NCBI GenBank assembly: GCA_002633005.1
Contig: NMRA01000065.1
Span: 54,043 to 118,042, forward strand
Length of the DNA: 64,000 bases
DNA from: Phoronis australis
Taxonomy: Eukaryota; Animalia; Phoronida
Direction: 5' to 3'
Translations under genes and position numbers: made by a program
Notes under the pieces: generated by a model
What the model was told of the DNA's origin: nothing
The model's input: the letters and a program-made list of their open reading frames with translations, nothing else
Database searches by the model: none
Shown here: piece after piece, positions 36,768-50,600 of the stretch
Layout: every line of letters begins with the position of its first letter
Position numbering within the stretch: position 1 is the first letter of the stretch

Positions 36768-39700
36768 ATGATGATAATGAGTGTAATGGCAATGATAACC
36801 AAGTTAAAGATGATGAATGATGATGATCATCATTATGATGATACATTTGCTGCTGTTTCTGCTGCTGATGACGATTATGATGAAGAGCGCATTGAAGATG
36901 ATTATGGTGATGATGATGACGATGATGGTGATGATGATGATGATGACAATGATGACGATAATGACGGTGATGACGGTGATGACGATCATGACGACGACGA
37001 CGATGATGATGATGTAATGATGATGTAATGATGATTGATGATGATGATGATGATAAAAACGACGATGATCATTACGACGAGAACGATGACGATGCCGCAA
37101 ATGTTGTCTTTGATAACAACGAGTGTGATAATAGTGACGGTATGGATAATAGTGACGGTATGGACAATAGTGACGGTATGGACAATAGTGACGGTATGGA
37201 CAATAGTGACGGTATGGACAATAGTGACGGTATGGATAATAGTGACGGTATGGACAATAGCAAGAAAGAACACGATCACAATATTGTTGTTAAGCAAACA
37301 AGCAACAATTTTTAAGCAGAAATAATTAATCTCTCAGTTCCACGTAAATATAGTAGTAGCTTAAGAGGGTGAATGAAATTTAACAGTTTTCAGATGTAAA
37401 AACAAAAGGATAGTACAAAGGTTAAGACTCTTTGAAAACTAACATTTTTATGTTTACAACGGCTCATTTAGGGAGTGAGCACATCATGTATATGATGGTT
37501 TCCTCCCAGCAAGCACTGATTGTGCTAATGAACCATAGAATGTTTGGGTGCAATGTACATTAAATTGTACTTCACAAATATACGCCTAAGTTAGAAATAC
37601 ATAGATCATTACAAACTTGTTAATTAATTAATTTCTTTCATCGCTGCAGAAAATTAACGAGTAGCGAAACGTTCCGCTGACTGCAGAACCTCTTTGAAGT
37701 AGCAGTAACATGCGTTCAGTTTTGGAAGGAAAAATTAATCGAGCGAAACAATACGCTTCCAAGATTTATCTTGAAAATGCACTAAGCAATACACTCTCTT
37801 GTCACATTTTAGTTCGCATTTTGCATGTCTATAAATACTTAAAACTCCAAAATTTAAAATTAATTAGTTCCTAGTTTCATAATTAAGATTTCTTATGTCA
37901 TTTCCACCACGACAATTGAAGAACAGTTTCCTGAGTAGAGTTCAGTAACGCTAAGACCTGGCTAATAAGCAAGAATTTGCGAGATTACGTGAGATACTGC
38001 CGTGTATTTTAAATAAAAACATGTGATTTTGGCTAGATTTTAGCGAGGTCCTAAGCGTTATTGAACTCTACCTTGCTTTTAACAATGGAATGACAGCAAT
38101 AAGGGCGGGAATTGCTCGTGTGCATCCCGAGTCACAAGTGGTGTGATTTCTAATGCAAACACGTGTTTTTTCAAGTCCAGTCTTCAATTTTTTATTATTC
38201 GTTTGTCATAAGAAATAATGCAAGTTCTCAGATAAGGCTGGTTGACATTAATGATAATCAACGGTTGAGCTATTTCCAGCTGGGTGAAGTTCACTGGCGG
38301 GATTTTTGACGTGATGTTAAAGACTCTTACCTTAGCTAGATGTGGCAAATTTTTGGGCCTCCGTAAGCACACGCAGTCTCACTTTAAGGGGATTAAAAAG
38401 CTATATTATTAGAAGATATTAAGTGAATGGACGCTAAATTTGCTTTGATGCCTAGAGCAGTAAACGTGGTGGTAGACGTTCTGTTCTATTTCCTTCAGAC
38501 GCAGCCGTATTTCACACTAAACAAGCCAGTTTATTGACAATATAAATATCAAAAAATATGACAAGACCCATAACAGTCCATAACACTAGTTACCACGGTA
38601 CTTTGTATGTTTACGTCTCCAATAAACTTGTGTGTCGTTTTTATTGTAACACAAAGCAGAGATCGGTCACGCTCATGTTCCAAAGCGAGATCGCCAACTG
38701 ACGATTAGGCGCATTAAACAGCGAGCAAAGAACGAGATTGAATTCCTGTAATGACTTGATGGATTTTAGACATGATTCTAGTTGAAGCTCGCCAACAGGT
38801 TTTGTGCGATAAATTAGATTTATTGGCCTTTTGTTCTGTCCTGTCTTCCTCAAAAGTTTGTTTTCATCACTGAGGAATTCGGTAATTGTGTAAACTAATA
38901 TGACAAAGTTCGGCTTCTAAAGAACTTTTGCGAAGGTTATCAGGAAGGGGTTTTAAAGAATGCGGTTTGCTGATAAAATTTGCTTGAACAGCGTGCGCGT
39001 TTCTCATCAATTATGTAATTAATTAATGAAGATTTTTTTTTGCAATTTCAAGAAGATCTAGAACAGAGGCTATTCCTGCAATGCCACTGCACCATGTTGA
39101 TGCAAAGCATTATTACCTGCAAACTTGTAAGTAATTATTTTAAATGCACGAACTTCGTACTTCGTGTATATGAGAAGTTACTTTCTCCGCTGACGAAATT
39201 TCCTAGCGTAGTGTCCAATACAATATTAATATTTAACCTCGTTAATTCAGGAGGATTATTCTTATATTAATAATAATAACTAAGTAGGGAAAATGTAAAT
39301 AACACGACCTTAGATCCAAATCAGAACGTCACAAAAATGAAAATAGTTACTTTGCGAGGTACACGCAAATGGTAAAAAAGAACCCGGGGCAAATTATTAA
39401 TCGAGGGTTGAGCTATGTGTTAGGAAGAGTGAACTCATAAATCGTAATGAATCTCAAATTAACCTAGCTCCATTATGGTGAAGACGATAGGAATAGTAAA
39501 CCATAAATACACAATTTAAAAATAGGTTTCATCGTGATACATTAATGCGTTGAACCTAGTCATCACATAGATTAGACCAAGTTTACAGAGTGTTTCCGTG
39601 CGAGGCTAAATTTAGAGAATTCAAAAATAACGGCTCGTGTTCGAAAGTCGATAGAGTTGGAATGTACACTATTTTTCCATGTGTATCTACACACCTGCCA

Positions 39701-42700
39701 CCTGTGGTTTGGGTATGGTTTTACAATGCATCCCCGTGGGAAAATTTGCATTTACCTGTAAGGTGAAATCATAAGGAAAAATGGACGCGACCTTAGAATT
39801 TTAAATTATATGGTAGAAGAGCCCGGAACACCGCTTGATGATGAATACAGTGAGTCGAAGTAGAAAAGGCGAAACTGTTACTCTTGACCGGAATCATCTC
39901 ACATAACGTAATGAAAACGTTCCAACCCTTGCTCAATATCACGTGATGACATTACACGCAGTCATCTACACAATACAAAAGTTCAACATCAATAAAAAAA
40001 TACATGTTTAGCAATATGGTGTTGGTATCTGGTGATTTTAGTGTTGAAATGATGTCCTTGTACTTTGTCTAGAGAGTCAACTTTGTTTTATTTCAGTCTA
40101 TATGACTGGATACAGCAGATTTTTAGCAACTTTGTTCGTATTCAAAAGAGTGCATCGCTACTTTTCAAGTTCGACCAGGCATTTTTATTTCTGCGCGCGG
40201 TTTCAGAGGAGCAAAAAATGAAAACTTGAAATCAAGATAGCACAAGTTTGAGGTGGTTTTATACAATAACAAAAATATCACCTCTTTAGTTCCACCACGG
40301 CCAGGACATAATGAAGTTTTCTCATCTCATGACAGAACTTAGCTATTTCATATGACAAACGCAAAGTCGAAACAAAGCAATAATCGCACATACACACGCG
40401 TCCCAATACGCCACTTCTCTCTTTAATTGAACAGCGGCACGCAAAAATTAAAGGGTTGAAAAAATTGCGAATTTGTAAGAACAGAATGCAAGTAAATAAT
40501 TGTGTTGTACACTCCTTGAAATCAAACAGCCAGACAACGAATTTAAACCAATGAATGAATTGTAACCCTTTAAGTGCACGGAACACGTCTTCGTTACGTA
40601 TGCACATGTATGATGGTCTCCAACGCGTACAGTTGAGCAAGCCCTGAGAGGCCCCTTTTCTTATAAATTCTAGAACAATGCATAACGTTTTCATAATTGT
40701 ATGTAATACAAATACGGTTGAAAACAATATTGACTTCAGCCGTTTCTTAATTCTTCGGAGTATTTTTGTGACTTAATTAGTATCGCTTCCATTTGAATTC
40801 AAAACAATATCAAGATAAATTCAAACATTTGTATAACATTAATTAGCCAGAACGTAAACTGAAACATTTTATTAATTTTCAATAAACTGACATTGACTAA
40901 GCGCGATCCTCAAAAATGTACAACTTTTTATCAGTTTCAAATTTTCAAAACTTTGTCAGGGAAAAACACCAAAATTAAGCACCTGTCTAATTACATTCGT
41001 CGTTAATTAACATGTGTGATTGTATTACGGTTAATTTCATCCAATAGTAAAATACCTGCGTTTAGTCTTTACTACTAGTAATGGCAAAAACAGAAATACT
41101 CTTTCAGAAGCACGTAGCGTACCAAAGCGAATGAAAGTAGAATTAATGAAAACAGTTCAACATTTGATTTCAACGTCGTTGTCGACGATCCGTGAGGGAA
41201 ATTCGAACTTTCTGAAAGTCAAAAAATGTCTTAGAATTTATCTAATATTTGTTGTGTGAAAAACCCTGTACGACGTCTGTCATTGCTAGAAGGCGTGAAA
41301 TAACTGAAATTCACCGAGAAATGTCACTGAAAGGGGATATCGTTTCCTTTGAACCTAACAAAGGAATGTTACTATGGAAAGCGACTAGTTAAACAACAAG
41401 TGAGTTTCAAAGAAAAAACCGAATTCCAAAATGCTTTTGTAAATAAGATATTGCTTTGGCAAAGCAACCATTTCTCTTGTTTTCCCCGTTTACGTTCGTG
41501 GTTTCCGCTTTCTTGACCTCACGGTCACACTTGTACACAAACAGAACGTACCCGATATTGGGAGAAAATGCCATACTTACTTTACGTGCGCGAGTCGACA
41601 CAATTTCTGGTCGAGTACGAACAGGTTGAAATGCACACAACTAACTTAAGGTAGTTATATTTGCACTGTATTTTCATCAATGTTTTTTGTTTACAAATTA
41701 AATGAAAATTTTAAATTCAACGGAATTTACGGTTCAAAGAAGTAACAAATACAAAATAAACAATTCCGAATACTTGTCAAAATTGAAATCTCCGACTCTT
41801 GGATATCTTTTCAATTACTGGTTATTTAATAAATTAAAGGAACAATTGAAAAATACATAAAGAATACTCTAAGCTAAACAGGTTTGTATTAAAATGGTTG
41901 AAGACTTTGGTAGGTGCCAGTTGGTTTCAAAATACGTTATGTAGTCAACGACAATTCCAAATGTACGTACACTAGACTTTTTACGACAACCATCGACAAG
42001 AAGACAACCATTTCAGCTTACCTTTCCTTGAATGTCGTGATAAGCAACACAGTATCCTAAACGATAAGTAAAATTATAATTTGTCTGAAGGCAATAGCTT
42101 GCACTCTAACTAAAACCTTTGTCATCAAGTTAGGAGTACTAACACACTAAAATGTCATTTTCAAGTTTTTATGCATTTGCTTTTGCAATTTCCAAATCCT
42201 CCTCGCTAAACGTTTCACTTAGCTTATGGAAATCATAAACTCAACTTGGAAAAGCAAATCGGCCAAGACCGTTTCTTGACGACCCGACTGTTAGTGTCAG
42301 TCAGGCTTATATCCTGTTTAATCGCCCTTTTCGCCAATTAACTGCAAGTTTAGTGCTATTCGCGTTCAATTTTAATAACCAAGTCAAGATTTATAGGATT
42401 TACAAATGCGAAATGTGTCAGACGTGCTCTTCACCAGAGCGACGGCATTAAATTCCGTCTTCCATGTTTCACGGTCGAAGCATCCAAATTAGACAGAAAA
42501 TTCAAAATGCCAGTTAAAATTAGAGGAACGCAGTGCCAACTAACATAGTTGTAAGCAAAATAAAGCATAACGCAATAATTATATTCTGGTCTAGTTGACT
42601 GAGTCGGTGATACAAATATTTAATAATAAATATTTCAGAAAATTTACAAGTCGAACTGAAAACCAAATAAAGGAGTATTTCTAAATTCGCGTAACTAACA

Positions 42701-44692
42701 GACATGACTGCGTTTACATTCACATTGGTAAAACATGCATGTTTTATTATATCTTGCCAATATTGTATATAATGTTGCAATTAACCTTATCTTAATTTAC
42801 ACCACACTAAAATTAAATGAATGGTTATAAACTATTAAATTAAATTGAAAACTTGCACTATGGGTTTAATATTACACTAGAACCAACGCCCCACGTATTG
42901 GATAAATTTTGGACGACCACAAGAAAGCTTACCGACAGCTCATGGTGTACACAAATGACACAAATTACACGCCTCGCTGACTTTACGGTAATTAGTTACA
43001 TGGAATAACTAAATACAAGACCTTGCTTCGCACAGTACACTCTATATGCGTAAGGGAAAAGGTTTTAGCTAAATATTTTTGACTATATATTGAGGTCTGA
43101 ATAATATTTTCGTACTGGCAATTTATACTTTAATATCGTTATTAAAAATTGAGAATTCATGAATTAGTCCAACGAATTATTCCGTCGATATTCAACGAAG
43201 TGTAGACGCGTCCCAAATCAAGGAGCAGCAATGCTGATCTTTTGAATCGGAACACCTTACTTTTCGGTTACGTTTTCAAAGCTCATGGGTACATGTTCAT
43301 TTGAAACTTTCGGATCATCATCTCTAAGTGAAGGAGCTCATCACCGTCTGTCTTGTACTGCACCAATCGGGCTGATGACTAATGTGACGACCATTACGCT
43401 AGGACATGCATTTCTTTCAGTGGACCTCTTCAAGGAGAGCGCGAGACGTCACACAAAAAGGATTGTGGGATAGTGGTTATCCACAGCAGCACAGTTAGTA
43501 GATTTAAATAAAGGATTTGAAGAAATCGCCTCGTTTTAGTGACATTTCAATCATCTATAAGTTCCAGTTAACCACAGATGCGAGCAAACTTAAGCATCTA
43601 TTCAAAATCAACAGCCAGCTTGCAGAGCAGACGATCGCCTGTGTGACACTTTCCGCATTCAGGATTGGTCTTGCATTCGTCAGAAAAAAATAGTTTAGAA
43701 ACAACGCTTTTCTACATTCCACTTGCCCACGACTATAGTTAAAATTTGTACATTTTTGTGCCTCCAAACTCGCACAACCTCACTGTGATTCTATCCAAGT
43801 GGGTTCAAAACGCATGTAAAATGTGTGTTTTTGTAGCTGAAAGTCTGGTGAACGAATCAGAGAAGGAAATCAACTGATAAAGTTTTAAGTTTACCACTAC
43901 ATTTTGTGGCACATTTGTCTTAGGACTCTACAAACACTGGTGACCCCTACTGAATTATACTATAATTACCACTGGTATTTATTCTAAAGCAAGCAAAATA
44001 AAATTATACAATGAACTATTATGGCACACGAATTTCATGCACAAGAGAAAATAATTTCATGTCGCACTTGTGTGTTGAGTAATATATGAAATCACCATTT
44101 CTCAGAAATATACATTTATCAGTCGACCACCACTGCTACTACAAATTATTCGTATTACATCTACTGTTACTACTACTTATAACGAACAAAGAACAATGAC
44201 TATCATTACTATAACTACTACCGTAGACTCCACGCATGTTTTGTTCTGTAGGCTCCAAAGTCGAATGGAGACCTCAAGCCCGAATCACAGCTGTACAAGA
44301 CTAAATATGCTAACAATAATCTTAAAAGTATAGATCCGAGTTGTAGTAGGCCTAATAGTAATAGCAGTAGTTCTTACAGTAATAGTGAAAATAATAGTAA
44401 TTATATTAATATCGATTGTATTCGTTATGTTTACCATAAGAGTGGAGGAAGGATAAAAGTAATATTTATAATAAAAAGTATAAATAACAACAGTAACAGT
44501 CATAATAAAAATGGTATAAACAATAACAACATAAATAATAAAGTGATAGTAACAGCTATTGTAATAATGATAATAACGGCAGAAGTAGTTATAAAACGAT
44601 AATATAACGAGAATGGAATTTCATTGTCAAAGATCATGACAATGGCGACGTTTTGATGATAGTACTAATGATGATGATGACGATGATGCTGA

Positions 44693-44732
<40 letters not shown>

Positions 44733-47635
44733 TAACTTGGCCAATATTTGACTGTAACTTGGTATAACTAACGTGAACTGAAGCTGTGTTACTTCCTTTG
44801 CAATAACGGAACTGAGTGAAACAAAGAAATATCGAGAAGTAGATGTGCTTGTAGTTTTTGAAAGCCAAAAGCTTCAAAATCACAAAGGGTTCTTATCAGC
44901 ACCGCCTCAGACACCACGCTCCGATGATAAAGGAAGATTTGAAACAGCTCCAAACATCATGACTAGTATAAAGAGTAAACGTCACAACTTCGCATAATTA
45001 TTGTCCCTGTTATCGTGTTACAGTCAGTATTTACACATGATTGTTGTTTTTTCTATAACTCACTGAAATATAAACAAATACACATTTTCCTTGCGTTGAT
45101 CAGTCTTAAACAGAATATCGACACGCGTAAGCACCCATAACTGTTTCCTCCGAACGGGCTATCAATGGTGTTTATTATTTCCAGGTTTCTCTAGAGGGTG
45201 TTAAAAGAATATTTATTTTCCCGTTACGCATAAGCGTTATTGTCCCTAAACAATCTACGATGATAAAATAAATCAACGCCAAATCAACAAATTCCGAAAA
45301 ATGTCTAGTCATAAGTTACGTAGATATTCTGAGATTTTATAACCTGAAATACAACGTAATAAATTTTCGAGCATTGAAGTCGAGTTCGCGCCACTGTGAT
45401 ACATTTGTTAAATTTCGTGAACTAATTGGGCAACGTTAAATCCCAAGTATTTCCTACCTTTATTGAACCACAGGTGAGACAAATTAAATGTGCCAACACA
45501 TTACCTCCAAGTTCATTTTTACAAATGCATGACGCATTTAAAGATATTGAAAAGATTACATTGATTAATTTCATGAAGTGCGTTGACCACTGCCGACTTT
45601 CAGCATAAATAAACACAGAAAAATCAGGAGCCCCAACTAGGAATCGAACCTCTGCTCTTTAGATTGCCGGTCAAGTGCTCTTACCACTTTACTTTCAGCA
45701 TTCTTCGTTCAACTTTTTATATATTTATAATAATCGTATTGCACATATGACAAACGTTTAGACATAAAGCACACGAAACAACAAAAACCGTGTAACAGTA
45801 GGACGTTATTAACCACTGATCGAATAGTCTCACGATTTACATGACATGAAAGCTGCCAAACGCACATTACATTTCACGTGGAGTTTCCTACCTGTCGGCT
45901 AACGATTCGAATTAATGCGATATGTTACGCAATTAACTGTTTGTATAAACAAATAAGAATAAATAATCGTAAATGGTTGATGAACATGGGGGTATAAGAT
46001 TACAAATACAGGTTACTCGTTCGCTTGGGCTGAATTCCATTCTAGATCTGTTGAAAATGTGGATAGGAGAATTTAAAAAATGTCCGTTTGTAACACACCA
46101 TACCCATGCAAATGTGTGCTCCTTCGCAAGCTTATCAGTAGAATTAATTTGCCCTCCCCACTAAAATATTTGCTATGATCCTTCATTAAAACACTTGAGT
46201 TCAAGATTTCTTGACCACATCAAGAAAAATCCTTTATTTGATTTTGTTTAATTTGATTAAAACTTCTCTTTGCACGCCCCGGCTACACTGAGTTATCTGC
46301 CAGGGAATCAACATGCAGGGTCAGCGATCTTTGCAACCAGCAAAGGAGTGCACTCCCGCGATAACTTTAAGCGTCTCTTGCACTGTTGTGTAGGGCCTGC
46401 TTTCCGGTGACAAAATTATCACGACAATCAACAAGCGGCGAGTTTCAAAACAATGGCCGCTACAGTCACGTGTTTTTGCTATCGTCGACAACGTGCCAGC
46501 AGTTATGACCTAGTCACGACTCACGTCCGTTTCATGACAGGGGATGACAGCCGCCCTGTGGCCTTTGGTTCGTGTTGTATCAAATGGGTGCAAGACCATA
46601 TCTCAGTGTTCCTCGCTTCCTGTCGTCGTCTGTGTGTCACGTCCACTGCATAATCACGCACTTATACGATCTATTGGATGTTTTGTCATTCGTCCGGGTC
46701 TGTTAGTCAAGTGTTATGGTGTTTTAATTCGATAATTTGATAGAGCGACGATTAAATTATTTACTATTGCCAACGTTAATGAAGCGTGGTTTTTGATTGA
46801 GACTGGCGTTCCCGCCAAATTACCCCCATAGCGCCGCACAGGAAGGCCGAAAATGCTGTGGGTAGGAGGGCATGAGGTGGTTTTAAAATGTCTCGAGAGT
46901 CATGATACCCTGAGTATAACCACTATATAGCAAATTTTGTGGTCAAATGAATGCACAAAAAAGGTAAAACAGGAATGATTTTTCAATTTAGGCTTGACTG
47001 AGTGATAGGCCACTCTCTGCATGACTGTTATAAAATTTTCCTTCCTATAGTGTTGCAAGGTAACTGTGTGTACAGAAACGGGCATTCTGTTATCACTGGT
47101 GCATGAAATTTAGGTTTCAAGAGTTCTAAACTGAAAAGACCTGTCACATAAACAAACTCTTATTACTCAACTGTCTGCCCACAAATCACACATTCCACAC
47201 CGTAGATTCAGACAGCTAAGGAAAGCAGACGAAATTATAACATAAGTAGCCCAAACCTGAAGACTTGTTCGATGGTGTCATTTGCTTTGTCGGCTGATGG
47301 TGGTTATTGGTCCTCGATGACAGACTGTAGCCCGTACCATACCCGCCGTTGGTTAGGGCACCATATCCATGAGGACTCGTGCTTTTGCCGGGCGGCGTTA
47401 ACGTGTCTTGCACAACCGCAGTATGATAGTCCGAGCTGCGACCGAGCCCAAGGCTTGAACTATTTAGCGCCTGTGCCGGTGGGAGACCCCAGCAGTCGGG
47501 CGAGTTGGGATAGCCCAGAGAAGAGCCTCCATAGAGAGAGGGTAGTGTTCCTGCCGCACGGTGCCAGCCCGTTGGTATTGAATGTGGATAATGCGTAAGT
47601 GTGGGAGGATTAACTCCATACATTCTCTGGTCCAT
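27112..47635 (-). CDS. Mox: Mox/Meox homeobox transcription factor; complement join(47635-47257,30138-29969,27249-27112), 228 aa
   Basis: The homeodomain [45 protein letters not shown]|[17 protein letters not shown] is diagnostic of the Meox/Mox family. The intron falls between Q and V, as in Meox genes. The exon 1 donor (phase 1) matches the exon 2 acceptor (phase 1). Total 687 nt, open to TGA. Confidence 0.93.
27504..27595. mobile_element. Short foldback/MITE (~92 bp) in Mox intron 2
   Basis: TATAAACCTAATTCACGC ... GCGTGAATTAGGTCTATA, 17 of 18 positions inverted match. Confidence 0.55.
29969..30138 (-). CDS. Mox: Mox exon 2 (homeodomain N-terminal part)
   Basis: Acceptor ttattgcag|, donor CAG|gtaaat; encodes [57 protein letters not shown]. 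Confidence 0.96.
31749..31884. other. Assembly gap (N run)
   Basis: Run of Ns. Confidence 1.
31885..31929. repeat. (CA)n microsatellite abutting an assembly gap
   Basis: Read directly from the sequence. Confidence 0.95.
32953..33175 (+). repeat. ~112-bp tandem duplication in Mox intron 1
   Basis: 32953-33064 and 33065-33175 differ by about one substitution and one indel. Confidence 0.9.
36520..37262. repeat. Compound simple repeat: (CTG)n, then (GAT/GAC)n, then an 18-bp minisatellite (AATAGTGACGGTATGGAY) x7
   Basis: Read directly from the sequence; it accounts for the cluster of low-complexity ORFs in all frames. Confidence 0.95.
37935..38071. mobile_element. Short MITE (~137 bp) in Mox intron 1
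   Basis: GTAGAGTTCAGTAACGCTAAGACCTGGCTAA versus TTAGCGAGGTCCTAAGCGTTATTGAACTCTAC. Confidence 0.6.
44130..44731. repeat. AT-rich degenerate trinucleotide tract ending in (GAT)n
   Basis: TAC/TAA/TAG-rich low complexity; (TGA)n at 44668-44731. Confidence 0.8.
45627..45687 (-). mobile_element. tRNA-derived SINE head or tRNA pseudogene fragment
   Basis: Minus strand reads GTGGTAAGAGCACTTGACCGGCAATCTAAAGAGCAGAGGTTCGATTCCTAGTTGGGGCTCC: a partial A box and a B box (GGTTCGATTCC). The 5' acceptor arm is missing and the anticodon stem pairs poorly. Confidence 0.55.
47257..47635 (-). CDS. Mox: Mox coding exon 1 ([25 protein letters not shown]...PSNKSS)
   Basis: GC-richer ORF rich in P/S/G/H/Y, typical of a transcription factor N-terminus. 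The donor TCAG|gtttgg gives phase 1, compatible with exon 2. Linking it to exon 2 across 17 kb is an inference. Confidence 0.8.
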
Positions 47636-50600
47636 TCCTTGAGGCAATCAGAACGCTTATAAAACAATCAACAACTACTCAGATAGATTAAGTCTATACA
47701 ACAGTTGGATTTCTCTGCCAAACGAGCTCCACAGATGGTGTTTCACGATTATATATTCATTTTACAGCTCAAGAAAGTTGGAGCACCACGATAGTGAATG
47801 GGGGCGACAGGATGGTGTCGGGTATCACTGACACAGAGACTCGGAAGCAATGGTTGAGCTGGGCTGTGAAATTCAAGAAATGGACTGAATTCGGGTTAAG
47901 AGTTGCAGTGGCGGGGAACAGCGTTGTTTAGATTTGAACATGGGGTTTGTTTGAAGTCCGCAACTCGATCGTGTTCTAGTCCCAGTCTCTGCTTTGAAGT
48001 TGATCGTCTCAAATGGTCAAATGATTTGCAGTGTCCCACGAATTTTCATTTTCCCACAGAAGTTATGTGGACACCCTGATTTGTGCATGTTCTGTACATG
48101 TTTTTATCAAGTCTTGCGACATCAGAAAGTTGTTTCTTTTGTCATATTTTCGTATGAAACCAGGGTGTGTTCGCAGATCCGAAACCATCGCAAGTTAAGT
48201 TAGTGTGACCACGTACGTGCTTTGGTTGTGACGCATGACGATGTCTCGCGAAGATTTGCGTTACGTGACGGAGACTACCATATGCTCCACTGTCTACACA
48301 ATAATCACAGATACGGAGTAAACTGAATTAATTTTGCTAATATCTCATGTACGTTGGTTCATTCATGCTTTTTATTACAACTTCAACGTTTAGTTTATTT
48401 CAGAATTTCACGGAAAACAGCCATATCTTTTCTCAGTGCATGCAAGCAATACAACGAAACCAAAGGAAAGGGGATACACTGACTCCACTAAAGTACAACT
48501 TGTTCAAACTTATAAGGGGAAATAAACTATGCAGCATTGGGTTTGCTGTGAGCTTTTTGTCGTAACCATTACATTTCCTGCGGCGCGCAATAAAAAACGT
48601 ACACGCACTTGTACTTCGACCCGTTCGAAATTCCCATCCTGCCCACCCCTTTCAGTATAATGCCAAGGTCCTCCAAGGTCCTCCCACCAATGCTTGTGCG
48701 ACTGAGGCAACCCTTCGTTTTGGGGAACTTCAATAATTCGACCGCTGACTCTTGACAAAACGGGCCAAGTGGTTTCAAGTATTCCCCTTTCTCTCTACAT
48801 CGGCAGAATTAATAGCCAATTGCGGAAGACATTGGTGAAGCTGTGCGGAAGATATAAAATAATGCGTTTTTCTGCGACTTTTGTGCTCATTCATACCCTA
48901 TACATAATAAACATAACACAACTTGTAATGAGAGGATAAACAGCACTGTATGTTTAGTTATAAAAATAATGCACATTGAAACTTTTAACTATGAAATAAA
49001 AATGCTTACGTAATACTGTCGATTAGGTATGAAGCCTGGTGCAGTACATTTTTAAAATTTGACGAAAATTAACAATTGGAAAAATAAATGAAACAAAACT
49101 TAATTACTGTTACCATTTATTTTGAATTTTCCCAAAGATTTCCTGCTTTATCCTTTTCCACACCCAATTGTTATATAAAACACGAAAATTAAAATCTAAC
49201 ATAGGAAAATGCTGAATTAGAGGTTCAATTTTTGTTCTTGGAGAGAGATCTCAAAAATAACCGGTTAACAATTATAACATGCTGGGTTTTGAATACTACT
49301 GACATTTCTTGCACGCGGTTTTGTAATTATATAATTTCAGTTATTCTTAAATTTCTTTAAGTTCTAGAATTCCAACGTAAATTTTGTAACGCTATCCCTT
49401 TATTTCACTACCGACGTGAAATGTCAAGAGTCTCGTTTCTAACCCGTCATAGCGCACCGTTCATCCAATCTATGCGATATTGTGAGGACGAAATGATTAA
49501 AAAAGTTGTTAACTATTTTCTCACTGTGATCAAGTTTGTTTTAAAAATGCTGATAATTGACAGCAAAAGTGTTGCAACATACCGTGCCTTTGCTAAGGGT
49601 AGGTAAGATTTCTTACCGTCTCATCCTGGTGGTTTCACCCATGGCAAATGTCTACACGCGTCTGTCAGTGAGTCGCTCAGTCGTTGGAAAAATGCTATGG
49701 TTATGAGAATGGAATTTTTTGATTGGAGAAAATTAACGGAACGATTTGGTGCATCTTTGATAGATGGCCGTACCAACAGTCGATACACGGCAGCGATAAA
49801 ATGGACAAACCCGCCAATAAACACGCTTCAGAGATGAATTCTACACATTCCATGTATATCTTAGGATATGATATTCGTAACAATCTATTAAGTAACTATG
49901 ATTTAGTTCGACACTACCTTAAAACCGAGGTTGCTCGCGCTCCGAGAGTCCCGAAAAATTCAACTTCAAACAAAAATAACACAAGTCTGAAATGGCTTTA
50001 CGTACATGTACCATGGCTATCACCTACATGTATACGGACGCTAGACAAGCATCACCTTATTTCAGGACTTGAATCTTTTTCTGAAAAAGGCAATTCGAAA
50101 TATATCGAAACTCATGATTGAAATCCGTCCGTGTTGCAATGTAATTATCAAACTAGATGTGTCAACGCGGTGCGCAAACTCGTATATGACAAAGATAGAC
50201 ATAAGCAAGGATATGATGATTTTCACAACGAACGATGAAAAAAATATCCCAGTGCCTAAAGCATGTGCTGTCACTGGACATTAGGTTAAATTTTTCCTTA
50301 ATTTGAATAATTTACATATATCTTTGCTGTTATTTTATTTTTCGCCTTCGACTCGACTGCAGTGTGCTCATTTATGGGCAATAACAATTACCACGGAGCT
50401 ATACTATAATGCGGTTGTTCAAAGAAAATATGACTCAGCTTTCCACACGAGGAAAAGCTTTTTTTTCAAAACTCGTACTGAACTCGGTTGAAGGGGTAAC
50501 AAGCATTTCCGTCAAGTCCGACACGGTTGTATGAATAAGTCAGTTGTGTGCGCTTGTCTGTGACCACTGAAACTTCACCAAATGTGACTCTGAAATGCGC

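Noticed and set aside
36407-37325. Poly-A/L/C/D/M/H ORFs, including an Asp-rich 'acidic protein' and DNSDGM repeats
   Set aside because: They are open in nearly all frames because of the triplet repeats. The Asp-rich frame is broken by stops, there is no signal peptide or splice support, and the region is intronic to Mox.
45627-45687. Functional tRNA gene
   Set aside because: The 5' acceptor strand is absent and the anticodon stem pairs poorly; better explained as a SINE or pseudogene fragment.
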